64,000 nucleotides of DNA from Gnetum montanum (Eukaryota; Plantae; Gnetophyta), in the NCBI GenBank assembly GCA_015680685.1, contig MNCI01000774.1, forward strand, positions 409,528 to 473,527. Reading direction: 5' to 3'. The notes below the pieces were generated by a model that saw only the letters and a list, made by a program, of their open reading frames with translations, ran no database searches and had not been told where the DNA came from. The stretch's first letter is position 1. Each line of letters starts with the position of its first letter. Made by a program: the position numbers and the translations under genes. Positions 1-14,064 of the stretch are shown here, piece by piece.

Positions 1-552
1 AAATATTAAAAATTTGGTACATTCTCTAAGTGCCCTAACTTCAATGAAAATATATATACGTGATCCCCTTGTGCTAATCAACATCATTTGCAATTGTTCA
101 TGCATGAGAAGTTTTTCAATTCCTCTCTACGACTCACAATTGCACGTCCCTTGCTTTCATATCCATAACTCGCTGGCTGGTACTCCGATTTTCATTCCAT
201 TTGAACCTACTTAAACCTAGAGTGTTCAGCTTAGTCGTGCAGGAGGGGCAGACGCCGAATAGTGCATAAATTTTTTGAAATTCATCATCATTTGAAGGAC
301 ATATTTAAGGGTAATTAGTTGTAAAATTAAGAATTAAATGTATCAAAAACAATTTCATTCCCTTAGCTATACCAGAAAATTAAATTTGGAAACCACCTAA
401 GCAAAGACGACTCAACATTATAATCTTTCGGGGACATGTTCTTCCAATAATTAACATCACATGGAAATAAAGTAAATCTGTTAAGGCAAGCAGTAAGGTA
501 TAACCTAACTTTGGTAACAACCTTACTAATGATTGGCCCCGTGTGATTACAG

Positions 553-1320
553 ATGGCCCTAAAACACGGACAACAGGAAGGTCCTGCTCATGGTGCGATC
601 AAACGACCTAGGAGAGGTGAAGGATAAGTTCTTGCCAAACAACATGCAGAGTAGGAGGAACAATCATTTAGTATCCACCAAGAAGATCTTGCTACTGTAC
701 AATCAAGGCAGGTGGAAAGAGGAGTTGCTACAATGTCTGAACAGGGACAATATCTCACATTGCCTTAGGATTGTGTTCAGACCATCCATGAAAGGTCCAT
801 ATTCACTATAATGATCATGGAATCAAACTTTGGACCTTTCATAGAATTTGCTCCAGAGGCCATTAGGGATCACCTCAAGGGATCCCTATTATGGCCTACC
901 CTCTCTAAAAGCGGTGCCTAGTACTTAGGGGAAATGTACCAATTTTGGCATAATAAAGAAGAAGGCACCATGGTTAACAATTGTGGTGTGACTATTGATT
1001 TCTCTGTTCAAGCCATTTCAAAAGTATTAAACCTTCCGAATACAAGGCCAAAGGTTGCTCAAAACCAGCTAGATAGTTTTAGAACCGAGCAACTTAATAA
1101 ACTATTGACAGAGAATAAAAGGGTGGTGGAAGAAAAAGAGAAGGATGACTGGGATGCCTCTATGACACAAGCATAAACTTATGTGTATGCCAAGGCACTC
1201 AAGGCCTTACAAGAAGAGAAACTCCAGGCCATACTTTGACGCCATCAAATCCCAAGATCTAGAGCACAAGAAAAGGGAAAGACACCCATGGGGGAGCCAC
1301 TGCCATCAGGAACTACATGA
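553..1320 (+). pseudogene. Decayed extra ORF in the 3' internal region of element A (plant transposon protein/PMD-like)
   Basis: ORF fragments 590-811 and 934-1176 (VTIDFSVQAISKVLNLP) resemble the I.F....I...L.LP motif of Athila-type accessory ORFs. It ends EKGKTPMGEPLPSGTT*, similar to DKGKQPMKEPSPLGTT* at ~28990-29040. Confidence 0.35.
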
Positions 1321-1503
1321 GTTCCATCCAATTTTGTAATCATAGGATTTTCTTTTGTGTTATGTCTCAATTTTGTTCTAACTCCACACTGTGGCATGAA
1401 TCCATTCTAGCCAATCAATAACCCCATACCTATCCACTGTGTAATCAATGGAGCTTGTTCTCACTTTAACTTGAGGATGAGTTTTCATTCAATCGTGAGG
1501 GTA

Positions 1504-2361
1504 TGATGAGTCATGAATTTGCTGATAGCCGCGATATCACACCCACGATATCGCACTTGCGATAACACATTCGCAATATCACTGACGACGCGATATCGCA
1601 TACACGATATCACAGCCTATTTGTTCATCTATAAATAAGAGGTAGATAGATCATTAGAAAATAAGTCAGTTTTAGAGTCAGTTAGTGTTTAGTGTTTTCA
1701 TTTCTTTCTCTCAACCCTTTTCCTCTCCGTGTATGCCCGTAATGTGGTGAATGTAATTGTACAGCATCCTTTATTCAAGTGTGATGTACTTGGACACGCA
1801 CATGACCAACAATAAAGATCGAGATTACTTCATCATTACAGCATTCACTTAGTTTAATCATTTAATTAATTATTATTTACTACTTTCCTAGTTAATCTCT
1901 CTCATCCTTAAACTCATGTTAAAATGCAAAATGAGTACGACTTAATTACGAGCACTTAAGTGTGACTACTTGGTAACCCAGTAGCGTACCTAGGATCTAC
2001 GTTTTGTAATCCCAGTGGTAGTCGTGCTCGAAGTCCAAGGTGTGTACGGATAATCAAGGAACAGATGCTCATCACACTTAGGCTAGTTTAGATTCTCTCA
2101 CCCTCTCTCTCCTAGATTAGTGAATATTAATTTCCATTGCCTTCAGGAGTAGCATTAGATTAGAAACCACATCATACATCTCACTCTGGACTAAACCATA
2201 CATGACAAAGCTAATACTAGTCCAGGTGGGAAGACAGTGAACTGCGACCTAAGGCTAACTATCTAGATGCCACAACTAGTTCGTCTGAGGAGTTCGACCG
2301 GATCGCGTGTGTAACGCTCATATTTGTATGGTTGATTGTAGGGGTACCTCACTACTCATCA
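1504..2361 (+). repeat. LTR (Athila-like family, 858 bp)
   Basis: Terminal inverted repeat TGATGAG...CTCATCA, CGATATCG array at 1530-1612, TATA box ctataaata at ~1629, AATAAA at ~1811. Alignable by eye to the LTRs at 6541, 27162 and 29247. Confidence 0.85.
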
Positions 2362-4550
2362 ACAAGTGTTGAGGAGATGTGTCGAAACAAACCTCCAACT
2401 CAATTGGCAAAAGAACCATCTTATGGTCTAGGAAGACATAGTCTTGGGGGACCATATCTCAAAAGCAAGAATCGAGTTGGACCCTAAAAAGATAAGAGTC
2501 ATCCAAGGAATAACTCATCAACTAGAAATCGTTAAAGAAGTGCGGTCATTCCTTAGTTATACTGGCTACTACCAACACTTCATCGAGAACTTTTCCAAAA
2601 TCACCAAGTCGTTGGTTAAATTAACAAAGAAAGATGCACCATTTGACTAGACCCCTGCATGTGAAACAACATTTCAACAACTGAAGCAAAAGCTTGTTGA
2701 AACCCTAAGTCTACAAGCACTTGATTGGTCCAAGTTGTTTTATGTGATGACGAATGCATCAAATTATGCTTTCGGGGCAGTGCTTACGTAGTTGGATGAT
2801 CAAAAATGTCCATATTACATTCACTGTGCAAGTCGGATTATTGCGAGTGCATAGCTGAACTACACCACTATAGAAAAAGAATTGATGGCGGTGGTGTTTG
2901 CCTTAGAAAAGTTCAAGCACTATGTGCTTAGTTATAAAGTGTTTGTGCACACAGATCATAGCATCATCCTATTTTTAATGAATAAACCAACGGTGAGTCC
3001 CCATGTCATATAGTGGCTCGTGATTTTGCAAGAGTTTGATCTTACAATGGTAGATAGAAAGGGTGTGGAAAATGTGGTTGCTAACCACTTATCACGACTA
3101 AGATGGGAAGACAAGGAGAAAGAAAGCCCCTTATCTAATTAATTTCCTAACAAATTTCTCCTTACAGGGGCTATTAATGCATAAATGCCCAATGAACCAA
3201 GATGGTATGACACCATTCTTACATATCCGATCAAGTAAGAACTACTACAATGGTTGGACACCTGGAAGAAACAATAGTTTCTTCACCAGGTTAAGTAATT
3301 TATGGAAATCAATGGGCATCTTTACAAAGTATGTCTCGACAGCCTGGTACGCTAGTGTGTCCTTGACATGAATCAACTACGTGTTCTCCAAGATGCTGAT
3401 GAAGGCCCTTGTGGGGGCCATTATGCTGGGAGACACACAGCCATCAAAATCCTCATGGCAGGATATTATTGGCCAACAATCTTCAGGAATGCACACCAAT
3501 TCATCCACATTTATGATCGTTGTCAAAGGGATGATGGAATGACAGCTCGAATGGAGGGGCCACAGTAATGGATTCAGCCTCTCAAGCCATTCGATATTTG
3601 GGGCATTGACTTTATGGGTCCCATCACATCTTTATCAAATGAAAAGGTGTATATAATAGTCGCAGTTGACTAGTGCACTAAGTGGGCAAAAGCAATAGCC
3701 GTCACTGATTGTACATCCACTACTGTTGCTCGGTTTGTACAACAAAATATCATAAATAGGTTTGGTATGCCTCATGCATTAATTTCTAACAATGGAACTC
3801 ATTTTACATGTGCCACTTTCCAAAAACTTATGTAGTGCTTGAAGGTTGAGCACAAACTCACAACACCTTATCATCCCCAAGCTAATGGTCAAGCTAAGGT
3901 CACTAATTGGAAGATTACAAAAATTTTAATGTGCACTATTAGCAAATATTGAAGGGACTAGAGCACCAAATTAAACGATGCCCTTTAGGCCTATCACTCC
4001 ACATGGAAGCTTCCCATAGGTTATTCTCCCTATGAGCTCATGTATGGAAAACTACCAACACTACCCATTCAATCCAAGCTCCGTACACTCTTTATAGCTT
4101 GTGACCTTGACATGGATTTAAGTCTAGCACAAAAGGAAAGATTAATGAACCTCAACTTGCTAAATGAAAGTTAGTTAATGGCCCTATCATCTAACAAAAT
4201 GTACCAAGGCATTTAACAAGAAATGCCATGACCTCAAAATAAGAAAAGTTAAAATTTCAACTAGGAGACAAGGTTCTCTACTGGAATCTTGCACACGTAT
4301 CTCAACGAACCAAATTTCAAATGTTGTGGGAAGGACCTTACATTATTGATGAGGCTTTTCCATCTGGGGCCATGATTATCTATTAACCTAATAGCTCAGA
4401 CAAGAAACAGTTAGTCAACATCCAACAATTGAAACCTTTCCATGAGCCCAAGCCAACCAACTCAACAGACACCTCGCCAGATGGACAGCCATGCTCAATC
4501 TTTCAGATCTCCCCCTTCCAACTTGGTTGTGGAGGAGATGGCCATCCATA
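2362..4550 (+). pseudogene. Decayed Athila-like pol of element B (RT C-terminus, RNase H, integrase)
   Basis: QVLRRCVETNLQLNWQKNHLMV*EDIVLGDHIS (RT end), VRSFLSYTGYY, NASNYAFGAVL and NYTTIEKELMAVVFALEKF (RH), CGGHYAG...GYYWPTIF, WGIDFMGP, TPYHPQANGQ and WEGPY (INT). Many stops and frameshifts. Confidence 0.9.
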
Positions 4551-6540
4551 CTAACATTTTACGTGGCTCCTTAGTCTTTTGACTTTTTTGTTTTACACAT
4601 TTTTAGTTTTATGAATTTTTGTTTTCATATTCTTTGTTTTACATCTTTTTGTTTTTCAAGTTATTGATTTTTTCTAAGTTTTTTTTACACCATCTTTAGA
4701 CTATTTAATATTTCTCGAATAATCTTTTACTTTCTTTTATATTTTCTTATGGTTGGTATAATTCTCTACTCTTTTTGTTAACAAAGTGCCAAGTACAATG
4801 GTAATGCGTTATTCGATGGTGGTATGTATCATTTGTGATTTGATTGTTGATGTCTGGTTTCTAACTTTGAATGTTATCACTGACAACTAGGGCATGGTTT
4901 CTTTTCATGTAATAGGCAATGAGTCCAGATCATCCACCCATCCACGCACTCTATGGTTTTCCTTGTTTTGGAAATGTGCAGTTTCTTTTTCATTAATGCA
5001 ATCTTAATAAATTGGTAACTTGTGTAGTTTCCGAAATTGGGAAGGAGTCAAAGGTTTGGATAGGTTATGGCTTCAAAGGGATATGTGCAAGGGTGTTCTT
5101 GTGAACTTCTCACTATTCTGTGTAATTCCACAATAGGAAGTTTAATAAGTCCTTGCATGATGTGGTCCTTATAAAAAAAAAAGATGATGAGGATTTAAAG
5201 CACACCCCTTGGACAAAATAAATGCAAAAATGCATGGGTCTTTTGCATGGTGTGGTTTCCATTCAAAAAATATAAAAATATAAAAATATAAAAAATATAA
5301 AATAAAATAGGGGAATTCAAAGCACACCCCTTAGACCAAATAAAAGGGCTACAAGCACTAGTTATAGGACTTGTCTTGTCTCCTCTAACTAAGGCCCTTT
5401 TTTACTTCCTACTTCTTCTTCAATTTGGAATGGTGGTTGTTTTGTGGGAGCATTCTTGTGTCTCAGGGGATGGGCTAGTCTTAGAATGTCAATGCGAAGT
5501 CACTGAAAGTGGTTGGTTTTGGTCTGGACAAAGGATGGATGCTACTGAGTCATTTAATCACAAACTCCACAAGGGACTTCATGTGACCATAATGAGGAAC
5601 TCCATTCCATTCTCTCTATCATCCATCTATGCTTTTCATGCCTCACCTCACTGCCAATTTCATGTTTTGATTTGATGTTCTGGTTTGATGTGTTGGGTTT
5701 CTCAATTAGTTACTTCTAGGTTTTTGTACTTAACTTTTCGTAACCATTAGTCATCCATGGTGCCCACAGACTCCTTGGTTTGAAGTTATGCAAGGGCATA
5801 AAAGGCCTGTGCCTATTTTGGGGAGGACCCACTTACATATCTTTTGGTTTGGTTAATTTAAATTCTTTAACCTTAGACATTTTTACAATTGAATTCTCTT
5901 TATTTACCCCATCAATACAATTATGCACATCTTCACAATTATTTTTAGTGAATTCCTTCTTTTTATTATTGTGAGTTTCCATACCCTCTTTCCAGTATTC
6001 CTTGTGTTAAGCTTTTTCTAAATTTTATGGACTGCTTCTCTTAGTTAACCCATTTGTCAATCTTCCCACTAACATTATCAAACAATTAATCTACCACAAT
6101 CACAAGTTAGCTAGATAAAATCACTGACAAGACAAGGTATTCAGCTGCTATGTGTTACACTTTATATACTAATCATTGATTTTGGTGTGATTGTAGTGGG
6201 GAGCATGGACTAGAAGCGGGACTATCTTCACCAAGGATGATTCCACAATATCACTCATGAGAGATTGTTCATGATCACTGGATCTCTTCTACCTCTCCCT
6301 CATTCCCTTATTTTCAAGAGGGGTTGGATGTCATTAGATTTGAGGTTATTCTTTCCTATTGTCATGAACACCCAAATTCATACACAATTGTAATGTTGTA
6401 TGCTCAGGCACTTCTGTATTTGTCTATTTTCTCTATGTCACTCTACATGTTATTCAAACATTTCATACCTCCTAATATATTTTGTAAGGGACGTGTTCCT
6501 CTTATACTCGATGACAAGTTTTCATTTAGTTGTGGGGGTA

Positions 6541-7389
6541 TGATAAATCATGTTTTTCATAAGCTTTGCTATTGGAGTAGCCATGATATCGAGTATGCGA
6601 TATCATAGCCCAAGATGTGATATCGAGCATGCGATATCGCAAGGTTACTCCCAGGCCTATAAATACAGCCCTTGGACACATGATTCAAAAGTAAGTTTTT
6701 TGAAGTCAAGTAGTGAAACTCTTGCAATTTGTTCATTTGAGAGTTAGAATATTTTCCAAGTGCCCACAGCAAGAGGTCTAAGTGTGATCAGATCTTTATT
6801 CAAGCATTGATGTACCTGAACACACTATTGTGTTGGCAATAAAAACAAGCTCTTTGATTCATCCTTGCAGCACTTGAGACTTTCTTTCTTTATGCATTTA
6901 CATATCGTGATTTCATGCAGTTTACATTAATGTTATTCATTCAGCCATTAATTTTGATTAATTAAGCAACTAATTAGAATACATAAGAATGACCCCTTCA
7001 AACATACGTGTGACACTTGGTAGCTCAGAAATGGTAAGTGTTTGACAACCTAATAGTGTTTACACAAAGTTTAGGATCTCCCTGAGAAGTGGGGATAGTT
7101 ACTTGTGTTAGGCTAGATTAGACAATAGTTTACTTAACACTTAATTACTCTTACTTGTATTCTTGTTTTAGGCAAGCAAATTGATAAAATGCAAAATAAT
7201 AAAAATCTTATGCCTTAGTCACACTTAACCATACATTTGCGTTTCACAAGTGGGACTGGGAAGATAATGAATAGACAACACAAACTCACCATTTAGCTCT
7301 AGCTTACTTGGTAATTAAAGTCTGCGAAATTTGATCAGACCTCATGTGAATGCCTGTGATTCATATGGTTGGGTGTAGGAGTACCTCAC
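6541..7389 (+). repeat. 3' LTR of element B, interrupted near its end by the Tat element (last ~9 bp at 25091-25099)
   Basis: PPT tgtgggggta is followed by TGATAA, a GCGATATCGC array and TATA ctataaata at ~6657. It ends ...gagtacctcac and continues cactaatta after the TSD at 25086-25090, matching the family end gtacctccccactaatca. Confidence 0.8.
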
Positions 7390-8555
7390 TGTACCATCTA
7401 AAATTGTCGGTCTCCGGCTGGAAGGAAACAGAGGCCGTGGGATCGCAGGACGCGCACAGAAGATCCTACCTTCGCCTGAGGGCGAGCTGGAACGAACGAA
7501 GGTAGAGTACCTTGCGTGGTCCGCACGCAGATCAGACAAGGATTTCCCCGAACGTACACCGAAGTGCTATACGCTGGGTTATGCGTAAATAGCATAGCGG
7601 GCGTAAACAAAGCGTAAACAGTGTAACCAATGCAAACAGAGCGTAAACGTAAACAAGCGTAAACAGAATATGTACAACAATTAATGCAAACTGTAAACAA
7701 TTATGGGAAGAAAATGTAACAATGGCATTACAGAATGAAAGGACAATGCACCGGTCAAACACAGTTGTGAGTGGAACACAAGGCGGACGAAAGCCTCGGT
7801 GGGTGCAGGGATGACTGCGGTTGGTTCACACTGTAAGCACAGCGTAGAGGCTGTATGCTCAGCGTACAGGTTTGTCCAGCATAAAAGGTTTTGTGCTCTG
7901 GTTCTCAGCGTCTTTGTTCTCTGGCGTGCTCTGGGAATTTTCCAACCGTCCTGGATTTTGTCAAAAATTAGGCTTTTATACAGGGTTTTGATGGCGGACT
8001 CGGGTTGGGAGACACATGGCACGTTGACCGAGTGCAAAAGCGTAAAATTTACAAGTGTACAATATGTTACATTTGCTGGGCATATACGTTGGGTGTATAC
8101 GCTGGAGGTGCTGGGTGTATGCGAACTTGGGCGTAGATGTCGTGGACGCTGGCGTATACGCTGGTGGATGCTGGGCATATACACTGGGGCGTATACGCTG
8201 ATGGATGCTGGGCGTATACGCTAGGGCATATACGCTGAAGGTTGCTGCCTTGTGCCAAATCTCGCTCTTTAGTGCTATTTTCATGTCGTCTTTGGAGGTT
8301 TCATGCCGGGCGTATGTATCTATTGTACTTGCTGGGCGTACATGTGAGGCGTGTACGCTAGGCGTGTACGCTGGACATCTACGCTGGGAAGGTACACTTG
8401 GGCGTATACGCTGGAACTGCATACTTAGTGAAAATCAAGCCTCTGATCTTCGAAGTTTCTGTGTTTGACACCAAATGTAGCTATAGTCGTCTGGGGATCC
8501 CAGGGACCCGCTTGGTGTTGGACAAGTACTAAGCTCAAAATTTTGTGGTGTTTCA
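7390..8555 (-). repeat. 3' LTR of the Tat element (1166 bp)
   Basis: Direct repeat of 23947-25085. Differences are almost all transitions (about 15 in the first ~190 bp, counted by eye) plus one 27-bp indel between tacgctgg repeats. Minus-strand TATA (gtataaaag) at ~7973-7981. Confidence 0.95.
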
Positions 8556-8559
8556 TTGG

Positions 8560-8568
8560 CCCCTCTTT
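8560..8568 (-). promoter_or_regulatory. Polypurine tract
   Basis: Minus strand AAAGAGGGG, 4 nt before the 3' LTR. Confidence 0.75.
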
Positions 8569-9971
8569 GTTGACGTTTGGAGGAATCGACCCGAGAAGCA
8601 TCGACAAAGAAGTGTAAAACACCACAAGCAACTTGATAGAGACTTTGTCCGTTGCCACTTGACTAGACGTCATCGTACCGTGTTCAGTAGTACATGGGAT
8701 TGGGCAAGTGAAATTTGTAACTGGTAGGAGAACGGGGATTGTGGGGACTAGTAATTGCCCAAGGGATTATGCTTGATGAAAAGGGGATGCTCTGGTGTGC
8801 GTGTCATGCTGATCCTTGTCAATAGCCATTATTTAGCAGACTTGGAATCCAGACATGTAATGTGCGTCCTTTGGCAGAACAAGCCTCTTGGGTAATGTTC
8901 AAGAGAACTTGCTAGCAAGAGCAAAGCCACGGGAGGATGTGTTACATTCTTTGGAGGAACAGGGCCCTTGTTTAATTCTTAGGGGAAGCCTGTTGGCGGA
9001 GAGCCAAAGCTATGCAACTTGATGTTTTTTGATTGTTTTTGACATGAGTACTTGGTTTTAAGACGATTGCCTTCCTACCTGGGGCTTGTATGGGAAGTGC
9101 CAAGGGTCTTGCGTTTTTTTTTTTGGAAGAAACTCTGCATTGATTTTGTACTCATGTACAAGTGCTATGTCATGTGTTGCAACTGCTTCAAAATGTTACA
9201 GTATGCAACGGCGTGCTCAAAGTTTTGGATGTACTAGGTGTATCAAAGGTGTGACTGAGTAAACTATGTCGGGGAATAGATAGGGAGTGTATCAAGAAAT
9301 GGGGATGTACTAGCGAATGGTTTGATTCAATCTTGCCATGCGTGCTATGAACATTGTCTCATATTGCTGCTTATGATGAAATGCATTCTTGTGCAAAAAC
9401 CTCTGGGTGTCATCCTACAAACATCACTCCAAGGAAACAAGAAAACCATGAGTGAATAAGCGAGCTTAGACTTACACAGTTACAAAGACATTGGAGGTGA
9501 TTTCAAGCACTGTATATGACTGGCAGCGACATTAGTGGGATTTTCTGATGGCGAGCGATGTAGTGATTCTGATGAAGTTTGAATGTGGTGATGGGTTGAG
9601 GAACCAGAGATGAACTTGCCAGTTTATAGTCTTGGCGGACTATCATGGGTTAGTTTTATGTCATAACCTGTTGGACGTTGCCCGTTTAGCATCGTGGTGG
9701 ACGTTGCAGTGTCAGTTTCTAGTCTTAGCGGACCATAAAGAGGCAAACCAGTTTATAATCTTAGCGGACTCTGGTGAATGCAACGGTGGCAGTTTACTAT
9801 CGTGCCGGACGGGTGCTAGTTTATCATCATTTGCGGACACTGTATGGTATCCGTTTATCGTCATGATTCCAGGACAAGCTGTGGTATAAATTTTAAGTCA
9901 TAATCCAGGACTGTTCTGTGGTATCAGTTTAAAGTCGTGACTCCAGGACTCGCACGTACCTGAGCTTGTAC

Positions 9972-12900
9972 TCAAATGTAGAATGGTTTTAGGAACAAGT
10001 GATTGGTTGGATTGGCAAGCTCATTCCCTTCCATATCAGCGAGCTTAAATGCTCCGTTGTCGAATGCTTTAATGACCAAGTAAGGCCCTTCCCAGTTGGC
10101 TGAGAATTTGTCTGAGTGTTCTCGAACTGCCTTAAGTACAAGGTCACCTTCTTTGATAGGGTGCTTATGGGTATCGTGCCGATGTCATTGCCGTTGTTGT
10201 TTTTGATACCATTCAATCTGATCGAGTGTGTGTATGCATTCTTCCTCTACCGAGTCTAGGTCGATGATGCGCAGATCATTGTTCTGCCCGTCGTCAAGGA
10301 GTCCGGAAAGTGTGATCCTTAAAGATGGTACCTATAATTCCAAAGGTAAAACAGCTTCTGAACCGTAAACAAGACTATATGGTGTTTTACCTGTTGAAGT
10401 TCAATGTGTAGTACAGTATGCCCACAATGCGTATATCAATTGTTTGTGCCATCTTCGCTTGCTTTGGGTGAGCATCTTTTTGAGTATTGTGATAATCGTT
10501 TTGTTTGTCGCCTCTACTTGCCCATTGCTCTAAGGATAGTAAGGGGGTGAAAACGAGTGTTTGATCCCTAGACTTTCACAAAAGGTTTTGGTCTCAGCGC
10601 TGCTAAATTGTGGCCCGTTGTTAGTGATGATTGTCATGGGAATGCCAAAGCGGGTTACAATATTTTCGAGAATGAAATTGCATACATGTTTAGATGGAGT
10701 TTTTTGAAGGGGAGCAGCTTCTACCCACTTTGTGAAATATTCAGTTGCAGTTATGATGAAGCTATGCCTTGTAGAAGATGTAGGTGTTATCGAGCCGATA
10801 AGGTCCAATCCCCACTTTTGAAAGGGCCACGTGATTTGCGTTGTATGCAACTCATTTGGTGGGACATGTATTAGATTGCTATGTTTTTTACAAGTACTAC
10901 ATGTTTTGACCTTGGAGAGACAGTCATATTCCATATGTGGCCAATAATAGCCTAAGCGTCTGACCTTTCTTGCCATAGCTTTGGGCGCTATGTGTCCTCC
11001 GCATAGTCCGTTGTGCACTTGTTCGACAATGGTTTGGGCATCGGTACTGTTGACGCATGTTAGCAATATGCCTTCGTAGGATCTACGACATAACGTGTCC
11101 CCTACTAGGGTATACTGCTTAGAACATTTTCGCAATGCATCCTTTTGTGCATTTGTTAGATGTCATGGTGTTTCACCGCATAGAAGGTATTCTTTTATGT
11201 CATCATACCATTCTATGGCATGTGTCATACTAATAGATGCGATCGGTAGCGTGTCAAGAGTATCGATTATTGGTTCGGCACAACTAGTTATGGAGCTTGG
11301 AAATGCGTGGAACATGTCAGGCGATACGTTTAATGCCAAGGTGGCTAGTGCGTCTGCGATGGTATTGTCATTTCTAGAGATGTGTTGCACATCGATGTTT
11401 TCGAATCGCCTCGTTAGGTGTTTTGCCAGGTTGCAGTATGGTTGTAAATGTTGGGCTTTACATGTATAGACGTCTGTGACCTGGTTTATGACCAGCTGCG
11501 AGTCTCCCCTGACCACAAGCCGTGTGATGTCTAAAGCCAATACTACCGCGAGACCTCTAAGGAGACCTTTGTATTCTTCTATGTTGTTTGTACAATGAAA
11601 GTTGAAGTAATAAGCAAAGGGTCGGATCTCCCCGGAGGGATAGGTGATGATAGCGGCTGCACTTCCTCCTCGAGAGATGGATGCTCCATCAAAGTTTAGA
11701 ATGGCGTCGTAATCGTTGGGCACTATGTCTATTGCACTTATATCCTCATTGGGGAATTCTGGTTCTATTGTCGCTTGATCGCGCGTTGGTGACGTGGCCA
11801 TTTGACTTGCTATGGCTTGACCTTTAACTGATGATTGCGCTATGTAGTGCAAGTCAAATTTAGCTATCATAGCTTTCCAATGGGCTATTCGACTCATTTC
11901 GTAAATGTTTCCTGTGATGGCCCTGAGCACATTATCTTTACAAATTATGTTAACTTGGTTACAGAAGAGGTAATGTCGCCATTTTCTCAAAGAAAAGACC
12001 AAAGCTAAACAGGACCTCTCCACGTCGTTATACTTTTTCTCGTGGGCAACTAATGCATGGCTTAAGTAATACATAGGGACTTCAGTTCCGTCATCTTGTT
12101 TCTGGCAAAGCATAGACCCGATTGACAAATCCGAAGTAGCGAGGTAGATGTAAAATGGTTTATTGTTTTGAGGTGGATAAACCGTGGGTAATCGGGCAAG
12201 TGTCGTTTTAATGCTGTTGAATGCTTCTTGACACTGCGGAGTCCATTCGAAGTGGACGTTCTTACGTAACAGGTGGTTCATTGGTTTTAGTTTATCTATC
12301 AATTTTTTTATGAAGCGCCTGATAAACTATAATCTACCTTGTAAACCTTGAAGTTCGGTAAGATTACCTGGTGGTTTCAGGTTTGTTATGGCCTTAGCCT
12401 TATCGGGGTCTACTCGTATCCCTACTTCTGAGGCTATGAATCCAAGCATTTTGCCTGTCTTAACACCGAAGACACATTTTTTTGGGTTGAGTCTCAATTC
12501 ATACTTTAAACAACGTTTTAATACCAGGTCAAGGTCTTGTATATGTTGTTCCGATGTTTTTGACTTAACCACAATGTCGTGTACATAGTCGTTGAGGGAG
12601 TGTAACATGTAATCACTGAAGATGAATGTCATTGCTCTTTGATACGTGGCCCCAACGTTTTTGAGACCAAAGGGCATCATTGTATAACAAAAGGTTCCCC
12701 ATGGTATCATAAAGGTTGTCCAAAGCTGATGCTCCGGGTTGATGTGTATTTGATTGTATCCCGAGAAGCCGTCCATAAAAGATAGTAATGCATGCCTAGC
12801 GGTCGAGTCAACAAGTTGATCGATACTGGGTAGAGGAAAATCATCTTTTATGGTTGCAACATTTAAATCCCGAAAGTCAATGCATAGGCGAATGCTCCCA

Positions 12901-13571
12901 TTCTTCTTCGGAACAATGACCATGTTGGATACCCACTCGGCGTAATCAACAGCTCGAATGAAGCCAGCCTGATAAAGTTTGGTGATCTCATTACGAACTG
13001 CCAATGCCACTTTGGGTTTAACCTTTCGTGCCTTTTGTTTTACCGGTCTCAATTTTGGGTCAAGGATAATGTTATGCTGGACAATTCGGGGATCTAGTCC
13101 GAGCATGTCCATATAAGACCAAGCGAATGCCTTCATATTTTCCCTAAGCACATCTTCAATGTTTTTGGCTAGGTGTGGTTTTAGTAATGTGCTTAATTTT
13201 AGTGTTTTAATTTCCCCATCGGGCATGGTTATGGGGGTTTCGGTCAACGGGTCTTCGGTGATATTTTTGGCTTCTATGTCGAGGGATTTTGTCATGTCTT
13301 GGTAATTGTCTATTGTTTGCTGTGTTGAGGCGATGACTGCGTCCTCCGTTGCTGAACTTAAGTGGATGAGGTTTATGTTGGTATCCCTTGCAATTTTGCC
13401 GTATGGCCCATCGATAATTAATGGTTCGGTTAAGTGCTGGCGATCCATCAGGCTTGCTCCTGCCAATAAACAAAGAGCTGAATGAGCTAATGGGTATTGT
13501 TCTATGTTCTTTGGTATTTTTAGATTATGTGTGCATGCATGAGGGTGGATTATCGTCACACCGGGACGCAT
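9972..13571 (-). pseudogene. Tat pol: reverse transcriptase, RNase H, additional (archaeal-type) RNase H, integrase
   Basis: RT: CIDFRDLN, DGFSGYNQI, MPFGLKN, and YVHD in place of YVDD. RH: YLATSD. aRH: LNFDGAS...TNNIEEY...VRGDSQLVINQV. INT: HHCC, WGLDLIG, WEGPY. Several in-frame stops. Confidence 0.95.
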
Positions 13572-13820
13572 GGCAGTTTAAGGCCATACCGGGCCGTCAT
13601 GGCAGTTTAAGGCCATACCGAGCCGTAATGGATTCGTATGTGGCAGTTTAAGGCCATACCGGGTCGTAATGACAGTTTACGCTGGAATGGGGTCCACAGG
13701 GGAACCGGGACGTAGTAATTTCTATTTTTTTATCATTTTTGAGCAAATTTTCGGCAAAAAATGAGTAAAAAGGCAAAAAGTAGCAAACTGGGAGGTGGCG
13801 GCGTAAGCGTCAGCGGAGCG

Positions 13821-13828
13821 CTATAAAA
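13821..13828 (+). promoter_or_regulatory. Candidate TATA box of the antisense gene
   Basis: CTATAAAA about 240 bp upstream of the ATG at 14065, surrounded by GCGTA(A/G)AC motifs. Confidence 0.45.
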
Positions 13829-14064
13829 TGGGGGGGAGCTTCATTTGTCACATTGCATTCTGAGCGTAAGTGACTGAGCAAGTGTAAGCGTAAACTGCAA
13901 AACCTAGCGTAAGCGTAAACCTAAACCTCAGCATAAACGTTGACTAAACCCCAGCGTAGACGCCAACTAAACCCCAACGTAGACGCCAAGCGTAAAAGGT
14001 CGAGCGTAGGCGTACAGAGTTTCAACCCTCGGCATAAGCTATCAATCCCAGCGTAGACGTCGAG

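Larger units (their letters stand above)
1..2361 (+). mobile_element. 3' part of Athila-like Ty3/gypsy element A (internal region plus 3' LTR), inserted into the RT of element B
   Basis: Athila-style PPT context (ttgaggatgagtttt...gtgagggta) lies directly before an LTR. RT coding sequence of another element resumes immediately after 2361. The 5' end is outside the window. Confidence 0.7.

Noticed and set aside
7342-8468. Many overlapping 65-167 aa ORFs on both strands in the LTRs (also 23835-25062)
   Set aside because: They are by-products of the stop-poor GCGTATACGC repeats (AYTP/VYA periodicity), with no protein motifs.
9620-9950. Repeat-spacer appearance (also 13570-13680 and 18965-19255) resembling a CRISPR array
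   Set aside because: The repeats are short and degenerate, spacers are irregular, there are no cas genes, and the context is a eukaryotic retroelement.
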